Positions 25,401 to 40,400 of a DNA stretch of 64,000 nt are shown here, in pieces. Where the stretch lies: NCBI GenBank assembly GCA_030390025.1, contig JASTWF010000036.1, forward strand, positions 3,040,001 through 3,104,000. Reading direction: 5' to 3'. The notes under the pieces are model-generated. The model saw only the letters and a list, made by a program, of their open reading frames with translations. It was not told where the DNA came from and made no database searches. This DNA comes from Squalus acanthias. Taxonomy: Eukaryota. Position numbers and translations under genes: made by a program. Numbering within the stretch: the stretch's first letter is position 1; each line of letters opens with the position of its first letter.

Positions 25401-28400
25401 TTCTGCTGTTGTGCACTCAACTGAAAATGGGAGACCGCACCAATCAGGATGGTGACTAATTGCTTCTTGGAAGAGGAATGAGAGCCGTGGGGCGGTGCCC
25501 ACTGATTGGTTTCATGCTTTGCCAAGGACTCCTGGAGGAAGGCCATATCTTTCCCCTCCCTGCTGAGAAAGGGAAGTACTTTCTGCTGCGTGATTGGGAT
25601 GATTGAATCCCTTGCACATTCAGGGAGATATGATGATACCCCATGACACCCCAGAGAATAAATGAGCATCTCAAGAGCAGTCGCACCTCCCAGAGGAAAG
25701 ACCTTCACCTGAGGCAAGCAACTGCCCATCCTGTGTCCTGCCCAGATCGTCACTCGTATAGCCAACCATAGGGACATAATCATAACCTTTAGTATGACCT
25801 TTTGTTACAAGCTCATTATTTTGTCAGTACCATTGGGGTTCTTGGGTTTGCAATTTTTGCGCTACTAATACTGGGGAATGGAACATTTTTCCTTTCAGGG
25901 AAGGCACCCAGTGTCAGCATCAAGCACTCCCACATATAGACAGTTAGATGTAGAATAGAGCTCGAAATGCGCCTTAGTTCCAGTTTCAGAAGAGCACCTC
26001 CTACTGCACTAGTATGCCATTCTTTGCATTTTGCACACCAGCCGTCCTGTGTGTGAGGTTGGCAATTTGAACTCAAATTAGGGGTCGTTTTGTGCTGTAG
26101 GCCCATGCCCATTTGGAACTGGATCAAGGCTGCTCAAACTCATTTTATGTACAACCTTTAAAGCCAGCAAAGGAAATGTTCATCCCAACACGCTGGGCTG
26201 AATTTACCCCAGATGCCAGAGGTGAAATTTTATTTTTTATATTAATTCACAAGATGTGGGCGTCGCTGGCAAGGCCAGCATTTATTGCCCATCCCCAATT
26301 GCCCTCGAGGTGGTGGTGGTGAGCCGCCGCCTTGAACCGCTGCAGTCCGTGTGGTGAAGGTACTCCCACAGTGCTGTTAGGGAGGGAGTTCCAGGATTTT
26401 GACCCAGCGACGATGAAGGAACGGCGATATATTCCTAAGTCAGGATGGTATGTGACTTGGAGGGGAACTTGGAGGTGGTGGTGTTCCCATGCGCCTGCTG
26501 CCCTTGTCCTTCTAGGTGTCGTGGGTTTGGGAGGTGCTGTCAAAGAAGCCTTGGCGAGTTGCTGCAGTGCATCTTGTAGATGGTACACACTGCAGCCACG
26601 GTACGCCGGTGGTGGAAGGAGTGAATGTTTAAGGTGGTGGATGGGGTGCCAATCAAGCGGACTGCTTTGTCCTGGATGGTGTCGAGCTTCTTGAGTGTTG
26701 TTGGAGCTGCACTCATCCAGGCAAGTGGAGAGTATTCCATCACACTCCTGACTTGTGCCTTGTAGATGGTGGAAAGGGAGTCAGGAGGTGAGTCATATAG
26801 TTGCATCTAACCTGATACATCACTCAGTCTACATTGCTTTTCATGAAAGCTTTCAGAAATAAGAAACAAGGATGTAAGTATTTGTAGGGATTTTCAGTAA
26901 ATCATCCCCCAACCTCGATGGCTGTCAAGAGCAACAAATAACGAGCCTCTCGTGATGCATAGACTTACCAATTCCTGACTGCGCCACATCGGAGAGCGGT
27001 AATGGGTTTAGTGCCCAATGCAGCTGACGGCGAAATTCATCCCGATCTTCAGGATGAATCAGTTCAAACACAGGCTGGTGCAGGAGAGCAGTCTACAACA
27101 TAGAGGGGAGAATAGCCAACAGGGTTAACAAGACAAATAAAAGGGGTCCGAGAGAGAAGAAAAAGGGGGAATTTTCCAGAGAATTTTTTCCTTATTGGCC
27201 CGGAGGTTGTTCTCTTTTTTCTAACCTCTCCCAGGAGATTACATGGCTGCAGGGGGAGAGGGGAAGACATGTTTCGTCATGATGGCCCAGCCAATATGGC
27301 GTGGGACAAGCTTGCTGGACTAGCTGGTCTCTTCCTGCCCATCAATTTTGTATGTTCGTAAGTCATTTGCTACATGCAACTTCCAAACTAAGGGACCAGC
27401 ACAGAGAGTTCAAGAAGAAAGTCCATCAACATCATGTACCACAACCCAAAATTTGGTACAAGATTGCAGGAACGACCACCCAAACCCATGCAGAAATGTA
27501 CTGTGGGTGCCCACGGGGGCCAAACATGCAGTTCTAATTCTACATTATGCAGAATGCAGGAGATCCAAACCAACATAAACCATTTAAGGGACAATGGGGG
27601 AAAAAATTCGGTTGCTTTGCGCTAATGGGGCGCAAAGCAACTAGCGCCCGGGCGTGGTGATGTTTGCACCGCTCGCGAAATTGACCAGACATTTTGCGGC
27701 GGCGTTAAACACTACCACCACGATCTCCTGCACCCGCAGATCGTGACGTCAGTCGAGCGTGCAAAGCCCCGGCAGCCCCGGAGCGGATATTGAGTGGCGC
27801 CCCCTGCCTTACCGCCTGCCGCTAGCAACGACAGGTTGAGGGGAACGTTTTGCAGTCGGGAAGGGACTGGGGGAGCAATATTTAAAGGCGACCGCTTCCT
27901 GCCTTTTTTTGTCGGCGACATTTTTGCACCACGCATTCGGAGAGCGAGAGAGACACTTCTGGAGAGATTCAATGCTGTGTGAAGGAGCTTTGGGTACTGA
28001 ACAGCACTTTGCAGGTTCATTTTGATTTGACCTTCCTTGCATCGATTTAGAAGATACTTTTGGGGCTGCACTCTGAGCTCTTTCCCTGGGCCTCTCCATT
28101 GTTCTTTCCAGCAGATTTGATGTACAGGTCTCTCCAGGCTGAGATTCAAGGCTGCAATGAGCAGGGTGTGGATGGAGAGCAAGATCGACCCTCCCCTTTA
28201 AGAACTGGCCGGCGCCAGTGTGTCTGTGTTCCATTGCTGACTGACATCACATGAGCTTCGCCAGCGCTCTGAGGTAGCGCCTCGCTCCTCGGCGTTAGCG
28301 CCTTAAGACAGGTGTGTAGCGCCTGATTTAGCGCTCCAATCACCTCCAAGGGCGATAAAAGCCAAGTTTGCAGTCGGAGGTGATAATTAGCGCCAGGTGC

Positions 28401-31400
28401 TAAACTTTGCGCCCGGCCGATAATTGCGCCCCAAATGGGGCGATACTGAATTTCTCCCCCCAATATCTTTTCCAGTTTCTTTTAGTTATTGGGGGCAATA
28501 CAAGCTGTGAAGAGACTGGAACCAGCCAACTGTCAGTTGGCACAAGCCAGGTTATGTACAAGCCCGTTTGGGCTTCAGATTTCCAGGGTTGCTCAAGCCT
28601 ACAAGACATCAATCCATCCCAGCTCTTGCAGCATTAACCTCAAGACATCATCCAGGCCTAACACTTGGTGGAAGAACCATGTGTGAGATCACAAGCCCAT
28701 GCCCTCCATCATCTCACATAGAATGACAGGCCCATTTCCCATTGGACAAAGCAACATAGAAACTAGATGTGACACTTATGCACAGTGGAGATACTTTGTT
28801 CTGCACATGTGTACAAGGATCCTGCCATTTTTTAAAATGTATCTGACGTAAGAAAACTACTAGGCACTTGGTCTAAGCGTTAAACAAAGCTTTAATCAAC
28901 TGTTTTACAACATGGAGGTCTAGTTGTGTCCTTCACTAGTTCCTGTTGAGGAATGTCCTAAGCAAGCTGGGCCCATGCCCGAGTATTTATACTCTCCCTG
29001 GACAGCGCCACCAGCAGGCCGCCCAGTATTACTTCATACATGAATGACAAGATTCATGTCAGTATCCGTACAAAATAATTTTCTAACTGCAGCACACTTC
29101 CAGGAACCCTGCTGCAAGAGAATGATTACCTGATGTAAGTGAAAATGGATAATACGTTTCAGCCTTTCTGCTGGTGGTCTGCTTTTGCACCTGTGGCATA
29201 CCTCCATAAGCAATCTACCCGAGATCCAATTAAATGTACAACACTGTGGCATATTCAAATATTAGTACTGGGCTCAAACTCACACCTAAAGTCCTGTACT
29301 GTCCCATCTTAGCGGCTGTGATGTGAAACTACTATCTCCGTGTAATATTAAAGCAGCAAGTTAAAATAATGTGAAAGAAGACAGACTTGCATTTCTCCAG
29401 CGCCTTTCACAACCTCAGGACGTCCCAAAGCGCTTTACAGCCAATGAAGTGCTGTCACTGTTGTAATGTAGGAAACACGGCAGCCAATTTGCACACAGCA
29501 AGCTCCCACAAACAGCAATGAAATAAATAAGCAGTTAATCTGTTTTAGTGCAGTTGGTTGAGAAATAAATATTGGCCAGAACACCAGGGATAACTCCCCT
29601 GCTCGTCTTCGAAATAGTGTCATGGGATCTTTTACATCCACCTGAGAGAGCAGACGGGGCCTCGGTTTAATGTCTCATCCAATAGACGGCACCTCCGACA
29701 GTGCAGCACTCCCTCAGCACTGCACTGGAGTGTCAGCCTGGATTTTGTGCTCAAGTCCCTGGAGTGGGACTTGAACCCATGACCTTCTGACTCAGAGGCG
29801 AGGGTGCTACCAACTGAGCCAAGGCTGACACCTAAAACCGATTAAACTCCAAGGCACTCATTGTTTCTTGCACTTGATCAATAGTTTTAAAAGCAAAGGT
29901 TGAGCATCCTGCAACATGAACGGAGACAATCTTACCCTTCCTTTTTGTGACACTTTATAGACTTGCTAAATTTGGAGGTGAGAATGCAGTTCATTTCAAG
30001 GACTTAGGATCGCACGCTTCAAAAGATGCGATAGAGTTCTCACTGCTTGCGTCATCCGAAGCCCTTGACACACTACTGCCCTGCAACATACACGGCCTTC
30101 CTCATTCTCCTCTACGCACCCGCCGCATCATTATGAACTTGTCATTTTAAAACCTACTATAAAAAATATGCAGTGGAAAGCAAGTGAAAACAATATACAC
30201 GAGATGGTGACTGATACACTGTAAAATATACACCACTGATGACTCATGACAGGAGGTGGCATGACTCTACAGGGGTCATTTCCAACTTCACCACCCGGGC
30301 AGTAACGTGGCAGAGCGGATTGCCCGCCCGCTATAGAACCCATCCAATTTCCATCCCATTGAAATCAACCCGCTCCGCAGGCAACCGTGCAAGGTGAAAA
30401 TGACCCCCAATGTGTTACTCATGACTGATGTGGTTGGACACCATTCTACTTTTCATAAGCCACTGATCCTGTCACTTGCCTTTATGGACGTTGCGAGCCC
30501 CAGTACTGACCTGGTGGAATCCCACGTATTCCTGTACCGTGTGCGATGCGTAGAAGATGTCACCTTCCGCAGTCACTACCAGGACAAATCCGTTCAGTGC
30601 CTAGAAACACAAAGACACTGAATCCTTTAGGCCAGCTGATCTTTCAAGAGATTACCTTATTCACAGTACCTGCCTTAGATCCTTAAAGAAGGACAAGAAT
30701 ATATTGAAGGGGCAGAACCTTCATCAGAAAGAATGTTCCTTAAAATACAAGGATATGGTCTTCCATGCACTGTAAATGTGGCTCATCCTTCACACACTAG
30801 GTGAATATGCTATCAAGATAGCAGCAATCACAGGGGACTGTCCCTTTAAGACAGAAAGCAGAAGCTTGCATCTATATTGGACCTTGCACTGTTCGCATGT
30901 AAGCAAATGCTACAGACAATTTCCGCAAACAGCAAATTAAATAAATGGCCAATCAATTTTTTTTTAATTCATTCATGGGATGTGGGCGTCACTGGCAAGG
31001 CCAGCATTTATTGCCCATCCCTAATTGCCCTCGAGAAGGTGGTGGTGAGCCGCCTTCTTGAATCGTTGCAGTCCGTGTGGTGAAGGTACTCCCAGAGTGC
31101 TGTTGGGGAGGGCGTTCCAGGATTTTGACCCAGCGACGATGAAGGATCAGCGATATATTTCCAAGTCAGGATGGTGTGTGACTTGGAGAGGAGCTTGGAG
31201 GTGGTGGTGTTCCCATGCGCCTGCTGCCCTTGTCCTTCTAGGTGGTAGAGATCACGGGTTTGGGAGGTGCTGCTGAAGAAGCCTTGGCAAGTTGCTGCAC
31301 TGCATCTTGTAGATGGTACACACTGCAGCCACGGTACGCCGGTGGTGGAGGGAGTGAATGTTTAAGGTGGTGGATGAGGTGCCAATCAAGCGGACTGCTT

Positions 31401-34400
31401 TGTCCTGGATGGTGTCGAGCTTCTTGAGTGTTGTTGGAGCTGCACTCATCCAGGCAAGTGGAGAGTATTCCATCACACTCCTTACTTGTGCCTTGTAGAT
31501 GATAGAAAGGCTTTGGGGAGTCAGGAGGTGAGACACTCACCGCAGAATACCTAGCCTCTGACCTGCTCTTGTTGCCACAGTATTTCTGTGGCTGGTCCAG
31601 TTAAGTTTCTGGTCAATGGTGACCTCCAGGATATTGATGGGGGGGGAATTCGGCGATGGTAATGTCGTTGAATGTCAAGGGGCAATGATTAGACTCTCGC
31701 TTGTTGGAGATAGTCATTGTCTGGCACTTGTGTGGCGTGAATGTTACTTGCCACTTATCAACCCAAGCCTGAACATCGTCCAGTTCTTGTTGCATGCGGG
31801 CATGGACTGCTTCATTATCTGTGGAGTTGTGAATGGAACTGAACACTGTGCAGTCATCAGTGAACATCCCCACTTCTGACCTTATGATGGAGGGAAGGTC
31901 ATTGATGAAGCAGCTGAAGATGGTTGGTCCGAGGACACTCCCCTGAGCAACTCCTACAGCGATGTCCTGGGGCTGTGATGATTGATCTCCAACAACTACA
32001 ACCATCTTCCTTTGTGCTAGGTATGACTCCAGCCAGTGGAGAGTTTTCCCCCCGATTCCCATTGACTTCAGTTTTACTAGGGCTCCTTGATGCCAAACTC
32101 GGACAAATGCTGCCTTGATGTCAAGGGCGGTCAATCTCAACTCATCTCTGGAATTCAGCTCTTTTGTTGTTTGGTGGTGTTGGCTGTGGGATAAATACTG
32201 GCCCAGGACTCCAGGGAGAACTCCCCTGCTCTTCTTTGAAATAGTGCTATGGGATGTTTTACGCCCACCTGAGAGAGCAGACGGGGCCTCGGTTTAGTGT
32301 CTCATCCAAAATACGGCACCTCCAACAGTGCAGCACTCCCTCAGTACCGCACTGAATTGTCAGCCTAGATTATGTGCTCAAGTCTCTAGCGTGGGACTTG
32401 AACCCAAGTCTTTTTCTCCTCTCACTAGCTCCCCCCCTCAGCTGATGTGTCCAGATAGATGCCTGGAAAAAAAAAGCCACATAAGTAAATACCCTGTAGC
32501 TCCCTTTACCTGTAGCAGCAGGTCCCCTTCAGACAGCACTGTATTGCCAAGGTTTGAAAACAGCCTGTCCCTTCCGGCGTTGCCAGGCTGCTCTGCCGGC
32601 GGACATCTCTTCCCTTGTCCCAGAGTAACTGCAAGGCAACCACAAGCATAACACTTGGTGAGCATCGCTTGCAAAGTAAGTACGAAAAGGCATTTTCTGC
32701 AAGTGTAGGATAAGGAGAAGGACCTCATTTAGTAAAGGCCCCAATCTTCTTCCATTGGGAGGGTGTCGGGCAACATAATTACCATAATAACTTGCCGTAT
32801 ATTTATTACCCATTTAGTCAATGGGTCAAAAATCCAGCCCCAAGTGTTAGCTTAGTAACAGGAGTCACACAAGACAGTAAATTTGGGGGTTCTCGGAACA
32901 GCAATTCATTTGAAAAAGGCAGAATTGGAGGAACGCAGAGATGTCAGAGGGTTTTAGGGCTGGAGGAGGTTACAGAGATGAGGAGGAGGAGAGAACAGGA
33001 TCAGACTCCGTTCTGATGCCCCCCCTCCCCACAATCGGATAGCTTGCACTAAGGTCACACATGAAGAACTGCCATTTGGGTGAGGTACCAGAGCACGGAA
33101 CTAAAAGCCAGCACCTTCAGGAGAGGAGAGAACATTTTAGGGAATAGAAAGAGCCAATATTCATTTATCTGATATCATGAGGGGTACAGCAGCCATGTTA
33201 ACAGTGTAAATAAGTGTACATTACTCATATGATTGGCATGAATGATGTACACACCAGTGTTAACTTTTACTTGACTTTCCAATCGGTGTTATTATAGCCA
33301 AAAGGGTTGTTGCCGCCATTGAAATAATGCCAATTGGAAAATCTGGGCTGACGTCCCCTCTAAAGACGGACGTTTGTATGTGTAGCGCAAACAGGATTTA
33401 ATAGAAAAGAAGAACGTGACAAGCTTCACATTTCAGCGAGACTGTAATGAGCCCCAGCATTTCCCCATGTAGAACGCACAAGAACAAAACAGTAATTGTT
33501 TCCAGGTTGAAATCTATAATCAGCATGATCAGTCCCAGAAGCCACTTGAAAATATTTCCCAGGGGTGGGTGCGAGTGGGGACAGGCAATGGAGAAAAGGT
33601 GAGAGAGAAGGTAGGAGGGAGAGGAACAGATTCCCTTTAGTCCTTCTAAAGGTCAATGATTCACATTGACAAAGATTGGAGATAGAATGAAAAGGATCGG
33701 GTTACACAGTGTAGGGGTATGAGCTGAAGTAACACATGGAGGCTCGCTGTCTCTTTACTCGGAGAGGCTAAGCACTCAGAAGAACAAGGGATCTGAAGGA
33801 AGTCAGATGAAGAAATGCACACATGGAAGAAATGTGGAGCAACTTCAGGAACCATTAACTGATGTCCAAAGGAAATTCTAGGGGTAGATTATGCAATTTT
33901 ATTGAGGGCCTCTTCTTCACATGTGCCCCTCCTTCCCCAAAACAATGTATTAGAGCAAATAACCTAAAGACATGTCTCTGGGTTAAATTACAGTCTAGCT
34001 CAGTTGAAATCAGAGTAGTGTTCCAACTGGTCTTCTCATCAGAGATGGTGCGCAACACTGGCTGGGAGACAATCTTTGGGAACCTGATTAAAATATGTTA
34101 TGGGAGAGGCCAAAGGTTATACCAGAGTGTTACTGAGAGGGCCATGGTTAAAAAGAATACTTTTGCTGTTGATGGGGTGGCTTCAAGAACATGTAGTATA
34201 CATCAGAAAATGTCACCGTCAGTAGGTAGTGTATTACAGTCTGATTGTATGCGCATTCCTACATGTTAAGGACACACTAGTTTGGCCAAGAATACAGACA
34301 TAACTGCTGATCTCTTTCACTCATGCATAAGACAATTGTTAACAGTTGGTGTGAAAAATAATATAGCAACGGTAGTAAACAATCTTTTTCAAAGGACCAA

Positions 34401-37400
34401 GACACTTCCCATTCAACCCCACTGTATAGAATTTCAATGGACCAAGAATTTGAAATGTTTCCCAATTTTTTGGGTTGGGAATGTTGCCAGCAAAATACTG
34501 CGAGGTGGCAAAAATATAATCAACAAGCATCAGATCGGATCCTTCGTTTTCATGCACTTGCTGCTTGCATTCGGTCCTCAGTGCCCACCTCTGACACAAA
34601 ACATAGTCATCAGACTGTTTACAATGTCCTGCAATGTCATTATGTGCCCATGAGCTTGGTGTCGAACATCTCCCTATTCTGTATACATGAGCGTGCTCAT
34701 AAGTGTCAGCACTAACAGATATAAATGTAAAGTTTTTAGCATTAATACTCAACTTTAGAAAGAGGGGAGAAGCAGCACCTAACAGCTTCCCTGTGGTGTA
34801 CTCAAGATGGTGCACTGGTAACCTCAAGACCCACAGCATTCCATAGATTTCAACGCCACTGTTGTCACATTAAAAGCAATTATTTGATATAAAATATTAC
34901 ATCGACCTTTATAGCACAGAAACAAGCTGTACGACCCAACAGATCTATGCCGGTGTTTCTGCTCCACACGAGCCTCCTCCCACCCCTCTTCATCTCACCC
35001 TATCACCATAGCCTTTTATTCCTTTCTCCCTCATGTGTTTATCAAGCTTCCCCTTAAATACAGCTATGCTATTCGGCTCAGCTACTCCTTGTGGTAGCGA
35101 GTTCCACATTCTTACACAAACATTTGATCACCAGTAAGAGGAGACGGTATGGGGCATCACTACAGTCTATAACTTTATTATTAGCTGGGACTGCTAGGAA
35201 AAAGAAACCATTTGTCAGCGCACTAACCTGCTTGTGCCACCAAAGCCCGTAAGACTTTTAAATAAAGATACTTTTTTGGCCCCCATTGTCAACTAAACCT
35301 AGTTCAATTGGTAGCACTCTCGCTTCTGGCTCAGAGGGCTGTGGGTTCACCAAGACAGGCACCATCCTCTGCATGAGATGTCAGACCAAGGTCCTGTCTG
35401 CCTGTTCTGGTGGATGTTAAAGATCCCATGCCACGAATCAAAGAAGAACAGGGCATTTTGTGCTGCCTGGCCAACACTCCACCCTCAACCAACATCACCC
35501 AAAAAAAGATAAGTTGGTCATACATCTCATTGCTGTTTATGGGATGTTGCTGGCACGGAATGGCTACTGCACGTGTTTACACTACAATGGCCACTGCATG
35601 CAAAAAGTAATCTATTGTATGAAACACAGATGTTTCAGCAGGATAAGACACAACATAAATATCAGTGATGGAAGGTGTCATCGACAGTGCTATCAAGCGG
35701 CATTACTCACCAATAACCTGCTCACTGATGCCCAGTTTGGGTTACGCCAAGCCCACTCGGCTCCCAACCTCATTGGTCCAAACATGGACAAAAGAGCTGA
35801 ATTCCAGAGGTGAGGTGAGAGTGACTGCCCTTGACATCAAGGCAGCATTTGACCGAGTAAAACTGAAGTCAATGGGAATCGGGGGGAAAACTCTCCACTG
35901 GCTGGAGTCATACCTAGCACAAAGGAAGATGGTTGTAGTGGTTGAAGGTCAATCATCACAGCCCCAGGACATCACTGCAGGAGTTCCTCAGGGCAGTGTC
36001 CTAGGCCCAACCATCTTCAGCTGCTTCATCAATGACCATCCCTCCATCATAAGGTCAGAAATGGGGATGTTCGCTGATGATTGCAGTGTTCAGTTCCATT
36101 CGCAACTCCTCAAATAATGAAGCAGTCTGTGCCCACATGCAGCAAGACCTACACAACATTCAGGCTTGGGCTGATAAGTAACATTCACGCCACACAAGTG
36201 CCAGGCAATGACTATCTCCAATAAGAGAGTATTACCACCACCCCTTGACATGCAATGGCATTACCATCGTCAAATCCCCCACCATCAATATCCTAGGGGT
36301 CAACACTGACCAGAAGCTTAACTGGACCAGCCACATAAATACTGTGGCTACAAGAGCAGGTCAGAGGCTCAGTATTCTGTGCGAGTGTCTCACCTCCTGA
36401 CTCCCCAAAGCCTTTCCACCATTTACAAAGCACAAGTAAGGAGTGTGATGGAATATTCTCCACTTACCTGGATGAGTGCAGCTCCAAGAACACTCAAGAA
36501 GCTTGTAACCATCCAGGACAAAACAGCCCGTTTGATCGGCACCCCATCCACTACCTTAAACATTCACTTCCTCCACCACCGGCGTACCGTGGCTGCAGTG
36601 TGTACCATCTACAAGATGCACTGCAGCAACTTGCCAAGGCTTCTTCGGCAGCACCTCCCAAACCTGCGACCTCTACCACCTAGAAGGACAAGGGCAGCAG
36701 GCGCATGGGAACACCACTACCTCCAAGTTCCCCTCCAAGTCACACACCATCCTGACTTGGAAATATATCGGCCGTTCCTTCATCGTCGCTGAGTCAAAAT
36801 CCTGGAACTCCCTCCCTAACAGCACTGTGGGAGCACCTTCACTACACGGACTGCAGCAGTTCAAATAGACGGCTCACTACCACCTTCTCAAGGGGAATTA
36901 GGGTTGGGCAATAAATGCTGGCCGTGCCAGCAACGCCCACATCCCATAAACGAATTTAAAAAAAGGAAAAAAATGCAAAATCAATTTTACAACCTGCAAA
37001 ATCTAATATTTCATTACATAATTCATTCTATGACTTGGAAAGACAAATTATATTGCGGCAACTAGCCAGCTGGCTTTGTGTGCATGAGAACCGATAATAC
37101 AAGTCAGTCTGTATCTGTAGGTGGACATAAAATATATTTGGTAGGTGTACATCTGTATCATTAAAACATTTTTATTTTTTAAAAACACAGAACATACTCT
37201 TCCATTAAAAGCAGCAAAATTAAGTGATTTGAAGCCCAAACAATGCTTGGACAACATGAGTTAAAAAAGAATCTCGCCAACAGTCAAGAATCACCATTTT
37301 CAAATCAGGATTCCAACCAATTATGTTATCCCATCATACATACCTAAGAAAGGATATACTTGCCATAGAGGGAGTGCAGCGAAGGTTCACCAGACTGATT

Positions 37401-40400
37401 CCTGGGATGGCAGGACTGTCGTATGAGGAGAGATTGGGTCGACTAGGCCTGTATTCACTAGAGTTTAGAAGAATGAGAGGGGATCTCATTGAAACGTATA
37501 AAATTCTGACAGGGCTGGACAGACTGGATGCAGGGAGGACGTTTCCCCTGGCTGGGGCGTTGAGAACGAGGGGTCACAGTCTCAGGATACGGGGTAGCAC
37601 ATTTAGGACTGAGATGAGGAGAAATGTCTTCACTCAGAGGGTGGTGAACCTGTGGAATTCTCTACCACAGAAGGCTGTGGAGGCCAAGTCACTGAATATA
37701 TTTAAGAAGGAGATAGATAGATTTCTAGACACAAAAGGCATCAAGGGGTCTGGGGAGAGAGCGGGAATATGGTATTGAGATAGAGGATCAGCCATGATCA
37801 TATTGAATGGCGGAGGGAGCAGGCTCGAAGGGCCAAATGGCCTACTCCTGCTCCTATTTTTCGATGTTTCTATATTCTATACTAGCATTACAGGAACCGC
37901 TGATTTCTAAATAATGACTCGGGAAGATGTAACTGAAAAGTAGATCCTAATCGGTCATAGAGTCATAACGGCACAGAAGGAGGCCATTCGGCCCATCGAG
38001 TCCGTGCCGGCTCTCTGTAGAGCACTCCAGTCAGTTCCATTCCCCCGCTCTATCCCCGTAGCCCTGCAAGTTTATTTCCCTCAAGTGCCTATCCAGTCTC
38101 CCCCTGAAAACATTGAGTGTCTCCGCTTCCACCACTTCCGACGGCAGCGAATTCCAGGTCCTCACCACTCACTGCGTAAAACAGTTTTTCCTCACATCCC
38201 CCCTGTATCTCTTGCCCAAAACCTTAAATTTTAGGGGACACAGATTTAAGGACTAGGGGGTCCTTAGAATTGAACAAAGACTACTGTCAGTAACCTTTCC
38301 CAACATTTAGGTGTATCTTCCAATTCTGATGATGATGTTCGATGGGCACTGGAGTGATTTTTGCAATTGACCATGTGCACTTTCACTGTGTAGGTTGAAA
38401 GGGCTGATGAGCCTCGAAAATAAATTCTCGCATGACATTCCTGAACGTAAATATAGGACCAGTCATCTGGATGATGAGGGGCTGGACAAGAATCCAACAT
38501 GATGGCTATCAAAGCTCCCCTAAAACTGCTTTTGAACTGTATGAGAGATGCAATCCCTGGTTTCAATTTCACAGGTAATTATTGCAGAGTTGCCACCATA
38601 AAAAGGTTCTGACGAAGGGTCATCGACCTGAAACATTAACTCTGCTTCTCTCTCCACAGATGCTGCCTGACCTGCTGAGTATTTCCAGCATTTCCTGTTT
38701 TTAACTTAAACCTGTGATTGTCCAACACAGTATATGTGACTCATTGAGCAGAATACTCAAAAGGGTTACACTAATATTAATCTCTCATTTATTTACTGAT
38801 CGTCCCTGCAGCATGAATCAATGTTGGCATAGTATGAAAGACTTAAGCTTGCCACAAGAAAAAACACCTCCCTGCTTCTCCCAACAAGGTCGTGGCATGC
38901 AATGCAACTCCAGGGATCAAATTAGGCCCGTCTATTTATAGAGAAAGACTCCTGAGCATTGCCAACATGACTGGAACACACACTCAAACACAACGTGGGT
39001 GTGTCTAGGACGAGCCTTCGCCACACCGCTCGCTGGGGCCCACATCTTCCCTGCCAAGTCGCACTTGCCAGCGCTGGTCAAGTCCATTCATGCCAGCGTT
39101 GGCCCGTAGGGCTGGGAATGGGGAACAAAAGAAGCTGGGATTCTGTTTCATTCCGCACATCTGCCCCCGCATTACCATCTGCAACTCACCAATCCCCCAA
39201 AGGAAAACAGACACTGCATTGTGAAAATTAGTTCAAAAGAAAACAGAATCAAACCGCACTAAGGAACTTGTTGGCACTATTTTTCAAGCCATGCCTCAAG
39301 ATTCAACTCTCCCTCATCCGCTTCCTAGCATGCCTTCGTGCAAATGATTCCACGAGGCCAGGACAGTCACAGTCGGACTTGGAAATGTGAGAATATCTGG
39401 TGCTTCCATCCCGTCTGATGCTGATCCACTATCGCCTTTAGTTACGGAGCCTCCCTGCAGCAAGAAATAAATGCTGGCACAATCTGAAAGACTGCTTTCA
39501 GACTGGGCAAAGTTTAACCCTGTAAGTGTCAACATTCAATTAATGGAGTCATGTGTCCATGCAACTCCTGGTTAGCACAGTAATGCAACCTATTTTTTGC
39601 AGGGTTGTGATGGCCTCTAGTATGCAAAAGGCGACACAAATAATCGCAGTGCATCACAGCAGAGTAGACGCTGTCTCAACCATTTGGATCTGGAAAGTGG
39701 CGCACAGCTTAACGAACACAGGTAGGTAACGGGTCTTCTTGGATTGCATGACATAGATAGACACGTAGCTACTCCAAGAATGTTCCAGTATCCCGTCATG
39801 GTTGCCAGGCATAAGATACTACAGTTAAGTATAAGCACACAAAATATATACAGACATGAAAAAGTAATACAGATCCTTGTGAAAAATGCTGCATCGACAA
39901 AGAGAAATGTCAGCAAGGATGCAAGTACTGGAAGTGAAATTAGAACGTTTATGCAAATTACATCATAGATGTAATAAAGATCCTACTGGTACTTTGAAGT
40001 CCAAACTCCAAGATGTACTCGTGACCAGCTTCGACTTAATTGGAAAATTAATGAGGGAGAGATTCCAAAACCTCAGATGCCATTTCCCTCCAGCAGTGAC
40101 ATGCACGGAGGGGCACAGGGGCAGCCACTCGGCACCCATGTCAGGAGCAATTTGGTGCCGTCACATAGACCTGTCCAAATGACAGTAGGTGCTGCCATTG
40201 AAAGCACTCAGCGCACAGAAACTCCCGCCAAGGACACCCTGGCAATGGTGCCCGTCTAGCAGAGCTCGTCGCAGGTACACGCATTCCCTTCAGCTTGACA
40301 GTCAACTGGGGTTTCCACTCTTGACTGCTGCACAGCGCCCTGCAGGAAGTGCATGTGCATGGATGCCAGATGGAGGACAGGATCGGGCGAGGCTGTGATG

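Noticed and set aside
39314..39535. Minus-strand segment with a cag acceptor as AHR exon 3 or an extra exon
   Set aside because: The phase required after exon 2 hits a stop within five codons; 32510-32628 fits phase and motif.
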